Below the pieces are notes generated by a model. That model did no database searches and was not told the DNA's origin. It was given only the letters and a program-made list of their open reading frames with translations. Made by a program: the position numbers and the translations under genes. DNA of 64,000 bases from NCBI RefSeq assembly GCF_004010195.1, contig NC_057757.1, forward strand, positions 6,166,885 to 6,230,884, in the 5' to 3' direction. The stretch's first letter is position 1. Each line of letters begins with the position of its first letter. This document shows, piece by piece, positions 1 to 12,854 of the stretch. Source of the DNA: Chiloscyllium plagiosum (Eukaryota).

Positions 1-175
1 CCCTCCTCTAGCTTATCTCTCCACGCTTCAGGCTCTCTGCCTTTATTCCTGATGAAGGGCTTTTGCCCGAAACGTCGATTTTACTGCTCCTCGGATGCTG
101 CCTGAATTGCTGTGCTCTTCCAGCACCACTGATCCAGAATCTGGTTTCCAGCATCTGCAGTCATTGTTTTTACCA
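1..175 (+). mobile_element. Penelope-like element terminal (pLTR) fragment with minimal hammerhead-like motif
   Basis: CTGATGA-A-GGGC-TTTT-GCCC-GAAA-CGTC at 49-76, followed by the gctcctcggatgctgcctga...ttccagcaccac...ccagcatctgcag tract that recurs more than 10 times in the window. Confidence 0.7.
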
Positions 176-794
176 GGTTGAGGGCAGTGCCAAGGTGGAG
201 GGTTGAATCTGGGATGAGTTTGGGGGTTAGGGGAGATTTGGAAGTTAGTGAAGTTGATGCAGTGTGGTTGAAGGGTCCCAAGGTTGAAGATGAGGTGTTC
301 TTCCTCTGGTCAGCGGGTGGCTTGGATTTGGCAGGGGAGGAGGCCCAGGATTTGCATGTCCTTTGAGGAGTTGAAGTGGTCAGCCACAGGGCGGTGGGGT
401 TGTTTGGTGCGTGTGTCCCAGAGATGTTCCCTGAAACTCTCATGTATTGGCGTCCTGTCTCCCCTTTACCTTAATAATATTTAATGACGTAAACCCCACT
501 GCTCTCTCAGAGACAATTCCAGGTATTCTGAGAGGAAGTTCATCCCCATCTCTATCTGGAATGGGAGCTGTGTGCCAACTAGGAAAGGTGACCAGCAGTT
601 CAGTCTTGACTTGAAATTTCAAATCCCTCCGTCACCTTGCTCTCGCGCTCTCTCCCTCCTACAGTCTCAAATCCGTCCCTGCCCTGCTCCAGATCTGGCA
701 TCTCAATCATTGGTAGCCTTGCCTTCAATTGCCTGGAGCCCAAGCACTGGAATTCCCTCCCTAAACCATTGTGACAACTCTTAAAAACACTAAA

Positions 795-1625
795 GAGTCA
801 TACAGCATGGTAAACCGACTCTTCGGTGCAACCAGTCTGTGCTGATCAGATATCGTAAATTAAATCTAGTCCCAATTGCCAGCATCTCCCATATCCCTCA
901 AAACCCTTCCTATTCACGTACCCGTCCAGATACCTTTTTAAATGTTGTACCAGCCTCCACCACTTCCTCTGGCAGCTCATTCCATACACGTACCACCCTC
1001 TGTGTGAAAAGGTTTCTCCTTATGTCTCTTGTAAATCTTTCCCCTTCTCACCTTAAACCTATGCCCTCTAGTTTTGGACTCCCCTGCCCTGGGGAAAAAG
1101 ACCTTGGCTAATCATCTTATCCAAGCTCTGCTTCCACCCCACCCAGTGTTTTTATAAACCTCTATAAGGTCACGGATGTAGGTTTGCTCGCTGGGCTGGA
1201 AATGAGCGAACCTACACCCAGAACCTCAACCTGAGCTGCAAATCTTCTCAAAAACTCTCTATAAGGTCATTCCTTAGCCTCTGACACTCCAGGGAAAATC
1301 GCCCCAGCCTATTTAGCCTCTTTCTATAGCTGAAACATTCCCAAACCCAGCAACATCCTTGTAAATCTTTTCTGAACCCTTTCAAGTTTAACAACATCTT
1401 TTGAATAGCAGAGATCAGAATTGAACACAGTATTCCAAAAGTGCCCAACTAATGTCCTGTACAACCACAACATGACATCCCAACTCCCATACTCAGTACA
1501 CTGACCAATAAAGGCAAACATACCAAATACCTTCCTCACTACCCTGACTACCTGTAACTCCACTTCAAGGAGCTATGAACCTGCACCCCAAGGTCTCTTT
1601 GTTCGGCAACACTCCCCCAGACCTT
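795..1625 (-). mobile_element. CR1/HER1-type LINE 3' fragments
   Basis: Minus-strand translation gives YSKDVVKLERVQKRFTRMLLGL and RLGRFSLECQRLRNDLIE (CR1 RT C-terminus), plus the family 3' tail. Confidence 0.8.
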
Positions 1626-1631
1626 ATCATG

Positions 1632-1985
1632 AAGCTGTGGTCTAATGGTAGTATTGCTACTGTTGATGACAGACCTAGATAATGTTCTGGAGATCCAGGT
1701 TCAACTCCCTGGATGATGGTGAAACCCGTGGCAGATGGTGAAATTTGAATTCGATTTTAAAAACTGTCTAATGCTGACCATGAAACCATTATCGATTGTC
1801 GGATAAACTTACCTGATCCACTAATGCCCTTCAGGGAAGGAAACTGCAGTCCTTACCTGGTCTGGCTTACATGTGACTCCAGACCCACAGTGATGTGGTT
1901 GCTGCTTAACTGCCCTCTGGGCAATTAGAGGTGGGCAATAAATGCTGCCTAGCCAGCGATGCCCTCGACCTATGAATGAATAAAT
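1632..1985 (+). mobile_element. tRNA-derived SINE-like repeat with aataaa-rich tail
   Basis: tggtctaatggtag...caggttcaactcc A/B-box-like head. The body and tail (ccttacctggtctgg...aataaatgctg...gaatgaataaa) recur at ~15990-16130 and ~23420-23480. Confidence 0.5.
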
Positions 1986-2664
1986 CAAACGTTGGGGTGC
2001 GCAAAGGGCAATAAACCAGGCTGTGAGCTAATCAACCTAAGAATACCATTTGGAAAAGGAACTGAAATTAAGGAGTCACATGGCAAGGCAGTACGTGTTT
2101 CCCATTCACAATTTTTTCTTTGTAATTCTATGCAAAAAAAAACTGCATAGCCTCTGCAATCTAAGCAGGCAGGAGGCTGTACCATCTTTAACCTCCAAGC
2201 GTGTTCCTTTCTTGGGTCCACTAATACTAGCTACAGAGCAGCTAGCATTGAAAAAGTTCACCCCTTCAAACAAATCCTGAAACAATGTTGACTGTTGAAT
2301 TCACCAAAACCACCCTTCAGGAGTGAAGCATGACCTCTGTGTCAGACCTGTAGCACAATTCAAATTCTGCAACTTATGACCTACTCTTCCATGCTGCATA
2401 TTCTCCAGAACCGTACTGTCCTTGAGCAGGGTTTGTTTGAGTCAATACCATGGTGTTAGATCTCAGGGTGTGTGCATAAGATAAAAATCATCTTTTTTTT
2501 TAAACCTGCAGGGAGCTTATTGCTGGTTATCAAATTGCCCACACTTGATTGTATCATTAATCATAGAATCCCTATAGCTGGCCATTAGGCCCATCAGGTC
2601 CACACTACCTCCAAAAATCATCCCACCCTGTATTTCCCATGGCTAATCCACCTAATCTGCACAT

Positions 2665-3358
2665 GGAGTCATAGAATCATAGCGATGTACAGCACAGAAA
2701 CCGACCCTTCGGTCCAACTCATCCCTGCCGACCAGTTATCCTAAATTAATCTAGTCCCATTTGCCAGCACCCGGCCCATATCCCTCTAAACGCTTCCTAT
2801 TCGTAGACCCATCCAAATGCCTTTTAAATGTTGTAATTGTACCAGCCTCCACCACTTCCTCTGGCAGCTGTGTGTGAAAAGGTTGCCCCTTAGGTACTTT
2901 TATAACTTTCCCCTCACTCTAACCCTATTGCCTCTAGTTCTGGACTTCCCCAATCCAGGAAAAGACCTTGTTCAATTACCCTATCCATGCTCCTCATGAT
3001 TTTATAAACCCTTATAAGGTCACCCCTCAGCCTCAAATCCTCCAGGGAAAATTGCTCCAACTTATTCAGCCTCTCCCTGTTTGCTTTTCCAAAATGCAGC
3101 ACCTCTCATGTGTCTAAATTAAACTCCATCTGCCACTCCTCAGCCCATTGGCCCATCTGATCAAGATCTTGTTGTAATCTGAGGTAACCTTCTTTGCTGA
3201 CCACTACACCTCCAATTTTGGTGTCATCTGCAAACTTACTAACCGTACCTCGTATGTTCACATCCAAACCATTCATATAAATAACACGAAGCAGTGGACC
3301 CAGTACTGATCCTTGTGGCACACCACTGGTCACAGGCCTCTAGTTTGAAAAGAAACCC
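2665..3358 (-). mobile_element. CR1 LINE RT fragment
   Basis: Minus-strand peptides TSGVPQGSVLGPLL, SKFADDTKIGG and WAEEWQMEFN. Confidence 0.85.
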
Positions 3359-3361
3359 TCC

Positions 3362-3505
3362 ACATCGTTGGACTATGGGAGGAAACCCACACAGACACAT
3401 GAAGAACATGCAAACTCCACACAGACAGTCGCCCAATGGTGGAATCGAACCCGGGTCCCTGGTGCTGTGAGGTAGCAGCGCTAACCACTGAGTCACCGTG
3501 CTGAC
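3362..3505 (-). mobile_element. HE1-type SINE (5' part)
   Basis: Reverse complement reads cacggtgactcagtggttagcgctgctacctcacagcaccagggacccgggttcgattcc. Confidence 0.85.
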
Positions 3506-4375
3506 CCAGGGAGTGTCAGTTTTTGTGCCTGGGCTCCTGGATTGGGACGACCTTTGACACTGAGAGTGAGCCTGAGTGAGTCACCAGTGAGCCCCATCTA
3601 CAGTTCAGGCCCACCAAATCTCACAGTTTGTCTCAGTTATTCGACAGTATTATTGCCTTTGAACTGATGGTTTATATTTGTATTTATATAGCATCCCCAA
3701 ACGACTGTGATGAAAAGGAAGGCAACTAGGGATGAAACCAAATTGCAAGAGCTCTAGCCAAGTTGAAATTTCCTATTACAGTCAGGCAGTTACTGGAACA
3801 GACATGCAGGTTAGGGTGGATTGGCCATGCTAAATTGTCCGTAGTGTCCGGGGATGCGCAGGCTGGGTGGATAAACCACTGGGAATGCAAGGTTACTGGG
3901 ACAGGGGAGTGGGCCTGGGTGGGATGCTCCTTGGAGATTTGGTGTGGACTCGACGGCCTGAATGGTCTGCTTCCACACTGTAGGAATTCTACAATTCCTT
4001 GTACTGGGGCAATGTTGCACAATTGGAGGCACTATCCTTCAGTTCAAGATATTAAACAGAGATCCCATCATCTGTGGCAAGGCAAATGGAATGTTGGCCT
4101 TTTATTGCAAGTGGTTCTGGGTACATGAGCGAGGATGTCATGCTATATTTGTAACACGCATTGACTGCATGCAGTTTTGGTCTCCTTACCAAAGAAAAGA
4201 TATACTCACCCTAGAGGCAGTGCAACAGTTTAGTTATTTGGTTTTTCATTTCTCCACCGCTGGAGGGAGCTTGGTCATGGAGGCAGTAGTGGCGATGGTG
4301 ACTGGCGCCTTTCGTTGGGAGTCGGCAGCAAGATGGCTGGTGAGCCTAGGTGGTAGTTGGCACAGGGATCTCCCA

Positions 4376-5258
4376 CCGTGGGAGAGGGATTGAGCCCAGT
4401 GGGAGGGAGGTATCAGGCCCATTGTGGGAGAGGGATTGAGCCCAGTGGGAGGGAGGTATCAAGCCCACTGTGGGAGAGGGATTGAGCCCAGTGGGAGGGA
4501 GGAATCAGGCCCACTGTGAGAGAGGGATTGAGCCCAGTGGGATGGAGGTATCAGGCCCATTGTGGGAGAGGGATTGAGTTCAGTGGGAGGGAGGTATCAG
4601 GCCCATTGTGGGAGAGGGAGTGAGCTCAGTGCAAGGGAGGTATCAGCCCCAATGTGGGAAAGGGATTGAGCCCAGTGGGAGGGAGGTATCAAGTCCACTG
4701 TGGGAGAGGGATTGAGCCCAGTGGGAGGGAGGAATCAGGCCCACTGTGGGAGAGGGAGTGAGCTCAGTGCAAGGGAGGTATCAGCCCCACTGTGGGAGAG
4801 GGATTGAGCTCAGTGCAAGGGAGGTATCAGCCCCACTGTGGGAGAGGGAGTGAGCTCAGTGCAAGGGAGGTATCAGCCCCAATGTGGGAGAGGGATTGAG
4901 CCCAGTGGGAGAGAGGTATCAGCCCCATTGTGGGAGAGGGATTGAGCCCAGTGGGAGAGAGGTATCAGGCCCCTTGTGGGAGAGGGATTGAGCCCAGTGG
5001 GAGGGAGGTATCAGGCCCACCATGGGAGAGGGATTGAGCCCAGTGGGAGGGAGGTTTCAGGTCCACCGTGGGAGAGGGATTGAGCCCAGTGGGAGGGAGG
5101 TATCAGGCCCAATGTGGGAGAGGGATTGAGCTCAGTGCGAGGGAGGTATCAGGCCCACTGTGGGAGAGGGATTGAGCTCAGTGGGAGGGGGGGGTTTCAG
5201 GCCCTCCGTGGGAGAGGGATTGAGCTCAGTGCGAGGGAGAGATCAAGCCCAGTGTGGG
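4376..5258. repeat. G-rich minisatellite, 46-bp unit, ~19 copies
   Basis: Unit gtgggagagggattgagcccagtgggagggaggtatcaggcccact; period measured from 4378 to 4424. Confidence 0.95.
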
Positions 5259-5749
5259 GAGCCCATACCTTTGTGGCTAAAACCTAGCATGGAGCCACTG
5301 CAGGCTCATATTAAAAAAAGGACTGTAATTTTGAACTTAACTCTCTTTCTTTATTTCCTACTTTATACTGAGATGAACTGTAATATTGTAGATTCATACA
5401 GTATGGAAACAGACCTTTTGGTCCCACCAGCCCATGCCGAACATAATTAAAACTAAACCAGTCCCACCTGCCAGCTCCTGGTCCCTATCCCTCCAAACCT
5501 ATCCTACCTATGTACTTATCCAAACGTCTTTTAAACATTGTAACTGCACCTGCACTTCCTCAGGCAGTTCATTCCACAGGCGAACCACCCTCTGTGTAAA
5601 AGAAATTGCCCCTCATATCTTTTTTAACTCTCTCCCTTCTCACTAAGATTTGTACCTTGTATCCAAGGTGGCAACAAGAATGATGACTCTGTACATTTGT
5701 ACTCCTGTACTTGAGTGCACATGACAATAAAGTCTACTTCTTAAAGCTC

Positions 5750-6190
5750 ACCAGTCTGATTCCTAGCTGGCAGGGCCGTCTTATATGGAAAACATGGGTC
5801 AACTGGGCCTGTTTTTCATAGAGTTTAGCAAAATGAGAGGGGATCTCACTGAGACATATCAAACTCTGACTGGAAAGTGCTAACTAGACTGAATGCAGGG
5901 AGGATATTTCCCCTTGTTGAGGTCAAGAGGTTATAAATTCAAGATACAGTGTAGGCCATCTAGGATTGAGATGAGGAGAAATTCCTTCGGTGGGGGTGGT
6001 GGTGAACCTAAAACAGAAGTAGGTAGAGGCCAGGTCACTGAATATGTTTGAGAAAAGAATAGATACTTAGAGACTGAAGGGATAAGAGGAGATTGCTGGG
6101 AGTATGGTCTTGAGATAGACGATAACACCAAATCATGTTGAATGGTGGAGCAGGCTCGATGGGCTGAATGGCCAACTCATGTTTGTATTC
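5750..6190 (+). mobile_element. Old CR1 LINE 3' fragment
   Basis: Degenerate gggcctgttttt...atgagaggggatctcactgagacatat, with the tail gaatggtggagcaggctcgatgggctgaatggcc. Confidence 0.65.
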
Positions 6191-6548
6191 TGATTCCTCA
6201 GGTGGACATTCCCTGATCATTATTTCAAAGCAAAGCATGGGATATTTTCCAACTTATTCTTGAGAGAGCAATATTGATCCCTTGGCCAACATCACAAAAG
6301 AAAATTCAAGGTCAGGTTGGGACTCAAGCACAGCATTGGGAGCTTGCTGTGTATGAATTGGCTGGCAGGTTTCTGAAGTGTCTACACTTGAAACTAGCTG
6401 CAAAGAGGGAAAACCTGGGGTTGTATCTGTATAAATAAACTCTCACCCAAGTGTTATGTATGGCTTATTGATTCAACTGGGAAAATCAAAGGTTCAAGAC
6501 CCAATCTGAAAGTATCAGTGGGTGTAGGAGATTCCATGGAACCAAATA

Positions 6549-6890
6549 CACAGGAACCTCGATTATCTAAATACCAATTATCTGAAAATCGGATTATCCA
6601 AAGGAGATCTCGAGACACAGTACATCAAAGATGGCGAGGGGGGATGGGAGACGCGGTGATGGACAGGGTTGAAGGAGGCGTGCGGGAGGACAGTGTTGGG
6701 GGAGGTTGGGGGGGTCAGTGTTGGACAGGGTTGGGGTGCAGGGTTGGTGGGTACCTAATCTGAACAGGGAGCAGACGTAATAGAAAAGTCCGAGCCCCAG
6801 AGGAGAGGCATTGAATCGATAAACCAAATAATCAATTACCTGAACGAAATAGTGCCCGCCCATCTCGTTCGGATAATCGAGGTTCCCCTG
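6549..6890. mobile_element. Tc1/pogo (Tigger-like) MITE
   Basis: TA-flanked imperfect terminal inverted repeats: cacaggaacctcgattatc (left) and gataatcgaggttcccctg (right). Confidence 0.7.
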
Positions 6891-6959
6891 TAAATAGTGA
6901 ACTTCTCCCACTCCCGCCCCCACCCCTCCCAACCCAGCCAACTACTTATTTCCTTGACT

Positions 6960-7218
6960 GAAAAAAAGTTTTGCGATTTACGCATGAAAGAAGTGAGACT
7001 AACATGGTCATTCTAACAGATGAGAGATTTAACAAACAATCAAGGTATTTTTCAATGTATAATTTCAGTTACATCACACTGTAAACTTTTGCTATAAATT
7101 CTGTGCCTTACAATCGTGTACTCCACAACCACCTGATGAAGGAGCAGCGCTCCGAAAGCTAGTGCTTCCAATTAAACCTATTGGACTATAACCTGGTGTT
7201 GGGGGACTTTTAACTTTT
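6960..7218 (+). mobile_element. PLE terminal fragment (second family) with hammerhead motif at 7130-7164
   Basis: cac-CTGATGA-A-GGAGC-agc-GCTCC-GAAA-GCTA-gtg. Confidence 0.65.
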
Positions 7219-7523
7219 CCCTTGACTGCCACTGCTTTGAAAAATGTTACCTGTGCTAATATGCCATGCTCCTCAGATGCTGCCTGACCTGCTGTGCTTT
7301 TCCAGCACCTCACTCTCAACACTAATATAGCCTGTCGCTATTTGTGGAGTCTTGCTGTGCACATTGTTGGCTTTCTGGATCAGTGGTGCTGGAAGAGCAC
7401 AGCAGTTCAGGCAGCATCCAACGAGCAGCGAAATCGACGTTTCGGGCAAAAGCCCTTCATCAGGAATAAAGGCAGTGAGTTTGAAGCGTGGAGAGATAAG
7501 CTAGAGGAGGGTGGGGGAGGAGA

Positions 7524-7960
7524 CGTAGGGATAACTGGTCGTGTCGTTTCGTGGCTAGTTGATGTTCGTGAATGCGGATTGTTAGCTGTCTTCCTGTTTG
7601 TCCTATATAGTATGATCCCTAGTAGCTACACATGCAGACGACAAACAACATGAATTTGACTGGGGCAACACTACCATTATAGGGCAAGCGAAACAAAGAA
7701 CAGCCAGGGAATTCCTAGAAGCATGGCACTCATCCACAAACTCCATGAACAAACACATAGACCTGGACCCAATATACCGGCCACTACAGCGGACAGCTGA
7801 AACTGACAACCGGAAGCGGCAGGGACAGGCCACTATAAATGCCGGAGGAAACACCACAGAAGCGCTTCACAGGAGGCTCCCAAGCACTGAGGATGTCACC
7901 TAGACAGGGGACAAAACGTTTGCAATAAAAACTTCCAGCTCAGCGAACAGAACCACAGCA
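7524..7960 (+). mobile_element. Penelope GIY-YIG endonuclease 3' fragment with inverted 5' segment
   Basis: Minus strand 7524-7610 encodes YIGQTGRQLTIRIHEHQLATKRHDQLSL. Plus strand from ~7616 encodes SLVATHADDKQHEFDWGNTTIIGQAKQRTAREFLEAWHS. Degenerate hammerhead at ~7883-7923. Confidence 0.8.
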
Positions 7961-8140
7961 ATGTGTGATATATGTGCATGTGAAATATACTTGTACGTGA
8001 AATGCATATGGATATATGCAATGTATGGGAAATATAATTGGACGTGCTGTGCGTGAAATGTGCATGAACGTATGTAACAGATGCGAAATGTACATGAAAT
8101 ACATGTGGATGTCTGTAATGTATGGGAAATATGTATCAAT
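7960..8140. repeat. Low-complexity ATGT/GAAAT-rich degenerate repeat
   Basis: Recurrent tgaaat, atgtgcat and atgta words. Confidence 0.5.
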
Positions 8141-8414
8141 TTCACTGAACACATTGCTAAGAGAGCAGTGAGCTTTCGCCCATTGAGAGGAGGCTGGCAA
8201 AACACTGCATTAACACTGAAACTCAATTGATTCGCGTAACAAAAGGGGAGGCGGGGGTCACAATGTGGAATCTGACACACATTCCAACAACACCCACCCC
8301 CCACGGTGTGTAGATCACCCATCCCACCCCCGCCCCCCCCCCAACCCCAAGAGTTAGAACCTCCCTGCCTGCCCCCAGTTTTCCTACCCTCCTGGCTCAG
8401 TGCCACTCTCCCTC

Positions 8415-8588
8415 ATGGTCATTCCCTTGCCACCATGCCAATGGTTCCAGAAGGAGAGGTCCTGGATTCCTGCGGAGAAGTGCGCCTACATTGTCGCCGG
8501 CAGACAATGCGTCACTGCTGAGCTGCTCATCTTCTGCCTCTTTGGCTCTGCTGTGCTGGCTGTACTGGTGTTCAACACCTTCACCCTG
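8415..8588 (+). CDS. Candidate first coding exon of a SPEM1-family-like single-pass membrane protein
   Basis: ATG at 8415; 58 aa ending ...RQCVTAELLIFCLFGSAVLAVLVFNTFTL; hydrophobic helix; phase-0 donor CTG|gtaaat at 8589; non-repetitive sequence. Confidence 0.5.
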
Positions 8589-8774
8589 GTAAATGGGAGC
8601 TCGCCTCAGGGATTTGAGGGAGGGATTAGATTGTCCCAGATTCAACAGCCAGGGGGGTTTTAGACATATCCAGCTCTTTGCCTGCGCAGGATTCAGATCC
8701 AAGCTTGTCCCAGAACTTTCCTAATCCAAACAAATTTTAATTTTTTTTGTTTGTACAGACACGTTTATGTAAAC

Positions 8775-9470
8775 GTATGGAATTCAGAGTCAAGGAATTC
8801 CCATCTACAAAGTCCCAGAATTTTACTGGGATTGAGGTCTAAGCAAATGCCAGAATTTTAACGAGATACCCATCTAGATAAATTTCAGAAGGTTAATGGG
8901 ATTGTGGGGTCTTTAAAAATCCCAGAATTTTAATGGGATTTCCCATTTAAACAGATCCCAGAATTTTAATGAGATCTCCATCTACATAAATTCCAGAATT
9001 TTAGTTGGACTGGGCCTTTAAAAAAATCCTGGATTAATGGGATTTTCACCAACATAAACTCCGAACTTTTAGTGGAACTTCCACCTAAACAACTCCCAGA
9101 ATTTTAATAGGATTGAGGTCTAAACAAATTCCAGATGTTTAATGAGCTCTCCATCTACACAAAACCCAGAATTTTGGTGGGATTTCCCACTTAAACAAAT
9201 CCCAGAATTTTAATGAGCTCTCCAGCTACACAAATCCCAGAATTTTAGTGGGTTTTTAAAATCCCAGAATTTAATGGGATTCCCATCTCAACAAATCCCA
9301 GAATTTGAATGGGATTCTCATTCGCACAAACCCCAAAATTTTAGTGGAATTTCCATCTAAACAAATCCCAGATTTTTTATGGGATTCCTGTCTAAACAAA
9401 TTCAGAGCCAAGGTAATTCCAGAATTTCCATGCGATTTAGAATCAAGAATCCCAGAATGGAATCTGGGAA
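8775..9470. repeat. Degenerate AT-rich minisatellite (~37-38 bp unit) with internal dyad symmetry
   Basis: Recurrent aaacaaatcccagaattttaatgggattcccatct. Confidence 0.85.
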
Positions 9471-9871
9471 TGGTTCCAGAACAGGAGTGTCTGTGCTGTC
9501 ACTCCACAAGAACAACTCAGCATCCTTCCCTCCACTCCCATTCCCACTCCCACCTGATATCTCTCCAAGTCCTGCAAATGTTTTCCCTTCGGATAATCAG
9601 AGCCACAAATGGTGCAGTCCCCATAAGGGCTGAAGGGGCCAGATAAAAGGCAATAGCTGTGTAGATGCTGGAGAAAGAGTTTCTTAGACCAGTTTGATAA
9701 TGAGCCTATAGGAAGAGTTGTTGGTAAAACAAAGGGATGGGAGAGAGGGACAGCAGAGGACAGACAAACCAATCAATCTTCAAAGCGGGGGGGGGAGGGG
9801 CCGTGAGGAAATTCATTAAGAAACATGTCACAAGTATTTGTGTACTTTTGTTCATCGGAAGACAGAAGAAA

Positions 9872-9949
9872 GTTGTCAGTTCCTTTAACCAGGCTGGAGG
9901 AAGGTTGTCAGTTCCTTTAACCAGGCTGAAGGAAGGTTGTCAGTTCCTT
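9872..9949. repeat. 32-bp tandem repeat, ~2.5 copies
   Basis: Unit gttgtcagttcctttaaccaggctggaggaag. Confidence 0.85.
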
Positions 9950-11094
9950 GCCGTCTCCACAACCACCATGCACCCAAATCTAACTCTGCCCCTATCTCCA
10001 AACTCTCCTGTCCATTAAACACTGACCTAACAATGTTAGGTGACCTTATCGAATTTTATACAAAATGACATTTACAGATAGGGTTATGTTTTCCCTAGGA
10101 TGGGGGATTTCAAGAATAGGGTGCACATTCTTAAGGCAGAGGTGGGGACTGCAGATGCTGGAGATTATCTAAGGAATGACATCCTGGCATTGCAGTCTAG
10201 ACTAGAGCAGTGCTGGAAAAGCACAGCAGGTCAGGCAGCATCCAAGGAGCAGGAAAAATCGACGTTTCGGGCAAAAGCAGGTGAGAGGAAAGAGATTTTT
10301 AAAAAGACATTACAGGCAATTTTTTTTACAGAGTGACTCGTGTGGAAATAACTTTCTGAGGAAGTGGTGGATGTGGGCACAATTACAATGTTTTAAAAGA
10401 CATTCGGATAAGTACATGAATGGGAAAGGTTGAGAGGGATATAGGCCAGAAGCAGGCAGGTTTAGTTTGAGATTATGTTTGGCATGGACTAGATGGACCG
10501 AAGGGTCTTCTCCGTACTGTATGACTCTATGACTCTCCGATCCAGCCTTTACTCCTGCCTTGAAGACAGCATTCCAAATACCAACAGCCAGTAAAGTGAA
10601 GAGAGGTGTCCTTTTTATTGCAAACACATTTCCAACTTTGGACAAGCATCAGTCACCTCAGAATCATTGAAAGACACATTCAGGAGGAGGCCATTCAGCC
10701 ACTGTGCTTGAACTAGCTGCTTTCTGAATTTATCCAGTTATCTAACTGTTCTCTTTGCTTAGCCCTGGAATTTCTTTTCCCCATGAGCATTTTTCCAATT
10801 CCCAATTTGAAAGTTACCGTAGAATCTTCTTCCACCACCCTTTTCATGCAGCAGGTCATGACAACTTGCAATGTTGTAAAGAGTTTCATTATATTTCTCC
10901 TGGACTTCAAAGACTTTTGCACATCTAGGGACAGATGAGGTGGACAAAACAGATGCTTACATCTGTTCCTGGAGCTTGGATTTTCTCAGATTAGGCCATC
11001 AGTCTGGTGAGCACTGCTCCGCATCAAATGCAGCTGACCAGGAATCTCTCCTGATGTTGGTACTATGGGCTGACCAGAGCCCAATCCTGATGAA

Positions 11095-12360
11095 CTTTAT
11101 CCCAAGGTCTTAAAAGAAGTGACTAGTGAGTTGGTGGATGCATCGATTTTGATTTCCCAAAACTCCCCAGATTCAAGGAAGGTCTTATTAGGGGGATTGG
11201 ATGTGACCATCATTCACCTGTAGTGAATTTAGCTTCTCTATTCAACAACGAAGACAGAAAGCAAGAAACCATAGGCCAGTTAGCTTAACATCTATTGTGG
11301 AGAAAACGTTAGAAACTACTTTTATAGACTTTTTAGCAGGTCACTTGGTTAAATTAAAGGAAAATTAAAGAAATTTCACTTTTGTTTGTCGTTTATATAA
11401 ATGATTTAGATGAGAATATAGAAGGGTTAGTAAGTTTGCAGATGACACCAAGTTTGGTGGTGAACAGTGAAGAAGGTTACCTAAGATTACAAAAAGGACT
11501 TGATCAATTGGGTCAATGGGCTGAAGAGAGGCAGGTGGGTTTTAATCTGGGTAAATGTGAGGTATTCCAATTTGGTAAAACAAACAAGGGCAGGTCATAT
11601 ACAATTAAAAGTAGGGCCTTGGGTTGATTGTCATGTCTATTTTATAGTAAGAAGACAATAAAATATAATGAAAAGCTTTCATTTGTTGCCACGATACGAT
11701 ACCATTTTGAATAATTTAAGAATAAGGAGCGAAAAAGATATAGTTTAAACAGAGTCCATCAGTTTGCCTTCATTGCTTAGACCTTTGAGTATAGGAGTTG
11801 GGATATCACGTTAAGGTTGTACAGGATGTTGGTGAGGGCTGTTCTGGAGTACTGTGTCTAGTCTGGCTGCCCTGTTATAGGAAGGATATTATCAAGCTGC
11901 TGAGGGTTCAGAAGAGATTTACCAAGATGTTGGAAGATTTGAGTTATAAGGAGAGGCTGGATAGGCTGGGACTTTTTCTCACTGTAGGAGGTTACATTTA
12001 TAAAATTATGATGGGTATAGATAAGCTGAATGGCAAGTGTCTTTTCCATAGGGTTGGGGATTTCAAAACTAGGGGGCATATTTTTAAGTAAAAGGAGGAA
12101 GATTCAAAAGAGACATGGGGCAATTTCTTTTCCATGAGAGTGGTTAGTGTGTGAATGAACTTCCAGAGGAACTGGTGGGTGTGGATACAGTTACAATACT
12201 TAAAAGACATTTGGATAAGTACATGAATACAAAATGTTTGGAGGGGTATGTGCCAAGTGCAGACAGGTGGGCCAGTTTAGTTTGGGAACGTGGTCCATGT
12301 GGACTAGTTGGACTGAAGTCTCTGTTTCCATGCTGTCTGACTCTATGACTCTAATTGGCA
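11095..12360 (+). mobile_element. Nested/fragmented CR1 LINE pieces
   Basis: Peptides FVVYINDLDE, GQWAEERQVGFNLGKC and YRKDIIKLLRVQKRFTKML; 3' tail tctgtttccatgctgtctgactctatgactc. Confidence 0.8.
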
Positions 12361-12854
12361 GAGTCAATATGGTTTTGCGAAAGGGAATTTGTGTTAAATT
12401 GATCTGTTAGTGTTCTTTAATGAAGGAATCCTTCAATGTGCTGTAGATAAAGGGGAACCATTGGATGTACTATACTTAAATTTCCAGAAGACTTCTGCCA
12501 TATCATAGAGTCATAGAGATATACAGGATGGAAACAGATCCTTCAGTTCAACTCATCCATGCTGACCAGATATTCCAACCTAATCTAGTCCCATTTGCCA
12601 GCACTTGGCCCATATCCCTCTAAATCCTTCCTATTCATGTATCCATCCAGAGTTTCGAGGGATATGAGCCAAATGCTGGCAAATGGGACCAGGTTAATTT
12701 TGGATCTCTGGTCGGCATTGACTAGTTGGAGCGAAGGGTCTGTTTTCATGCTATGACTCTGAATGTTTCTAATTTAAGTAAATGGGCTCAGATCTAGCAA
12801 ATGGAGTATTATTGTGTGGGAAATTGGAAATTGTCCACTTTGGCAGGAAGAATT

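Noticed and set aside
4376..5258. Regular repeat array as CRISPR
   Set aside because: Contiguous tandem units with no unique spacers, no cas genes, and vertebrate context
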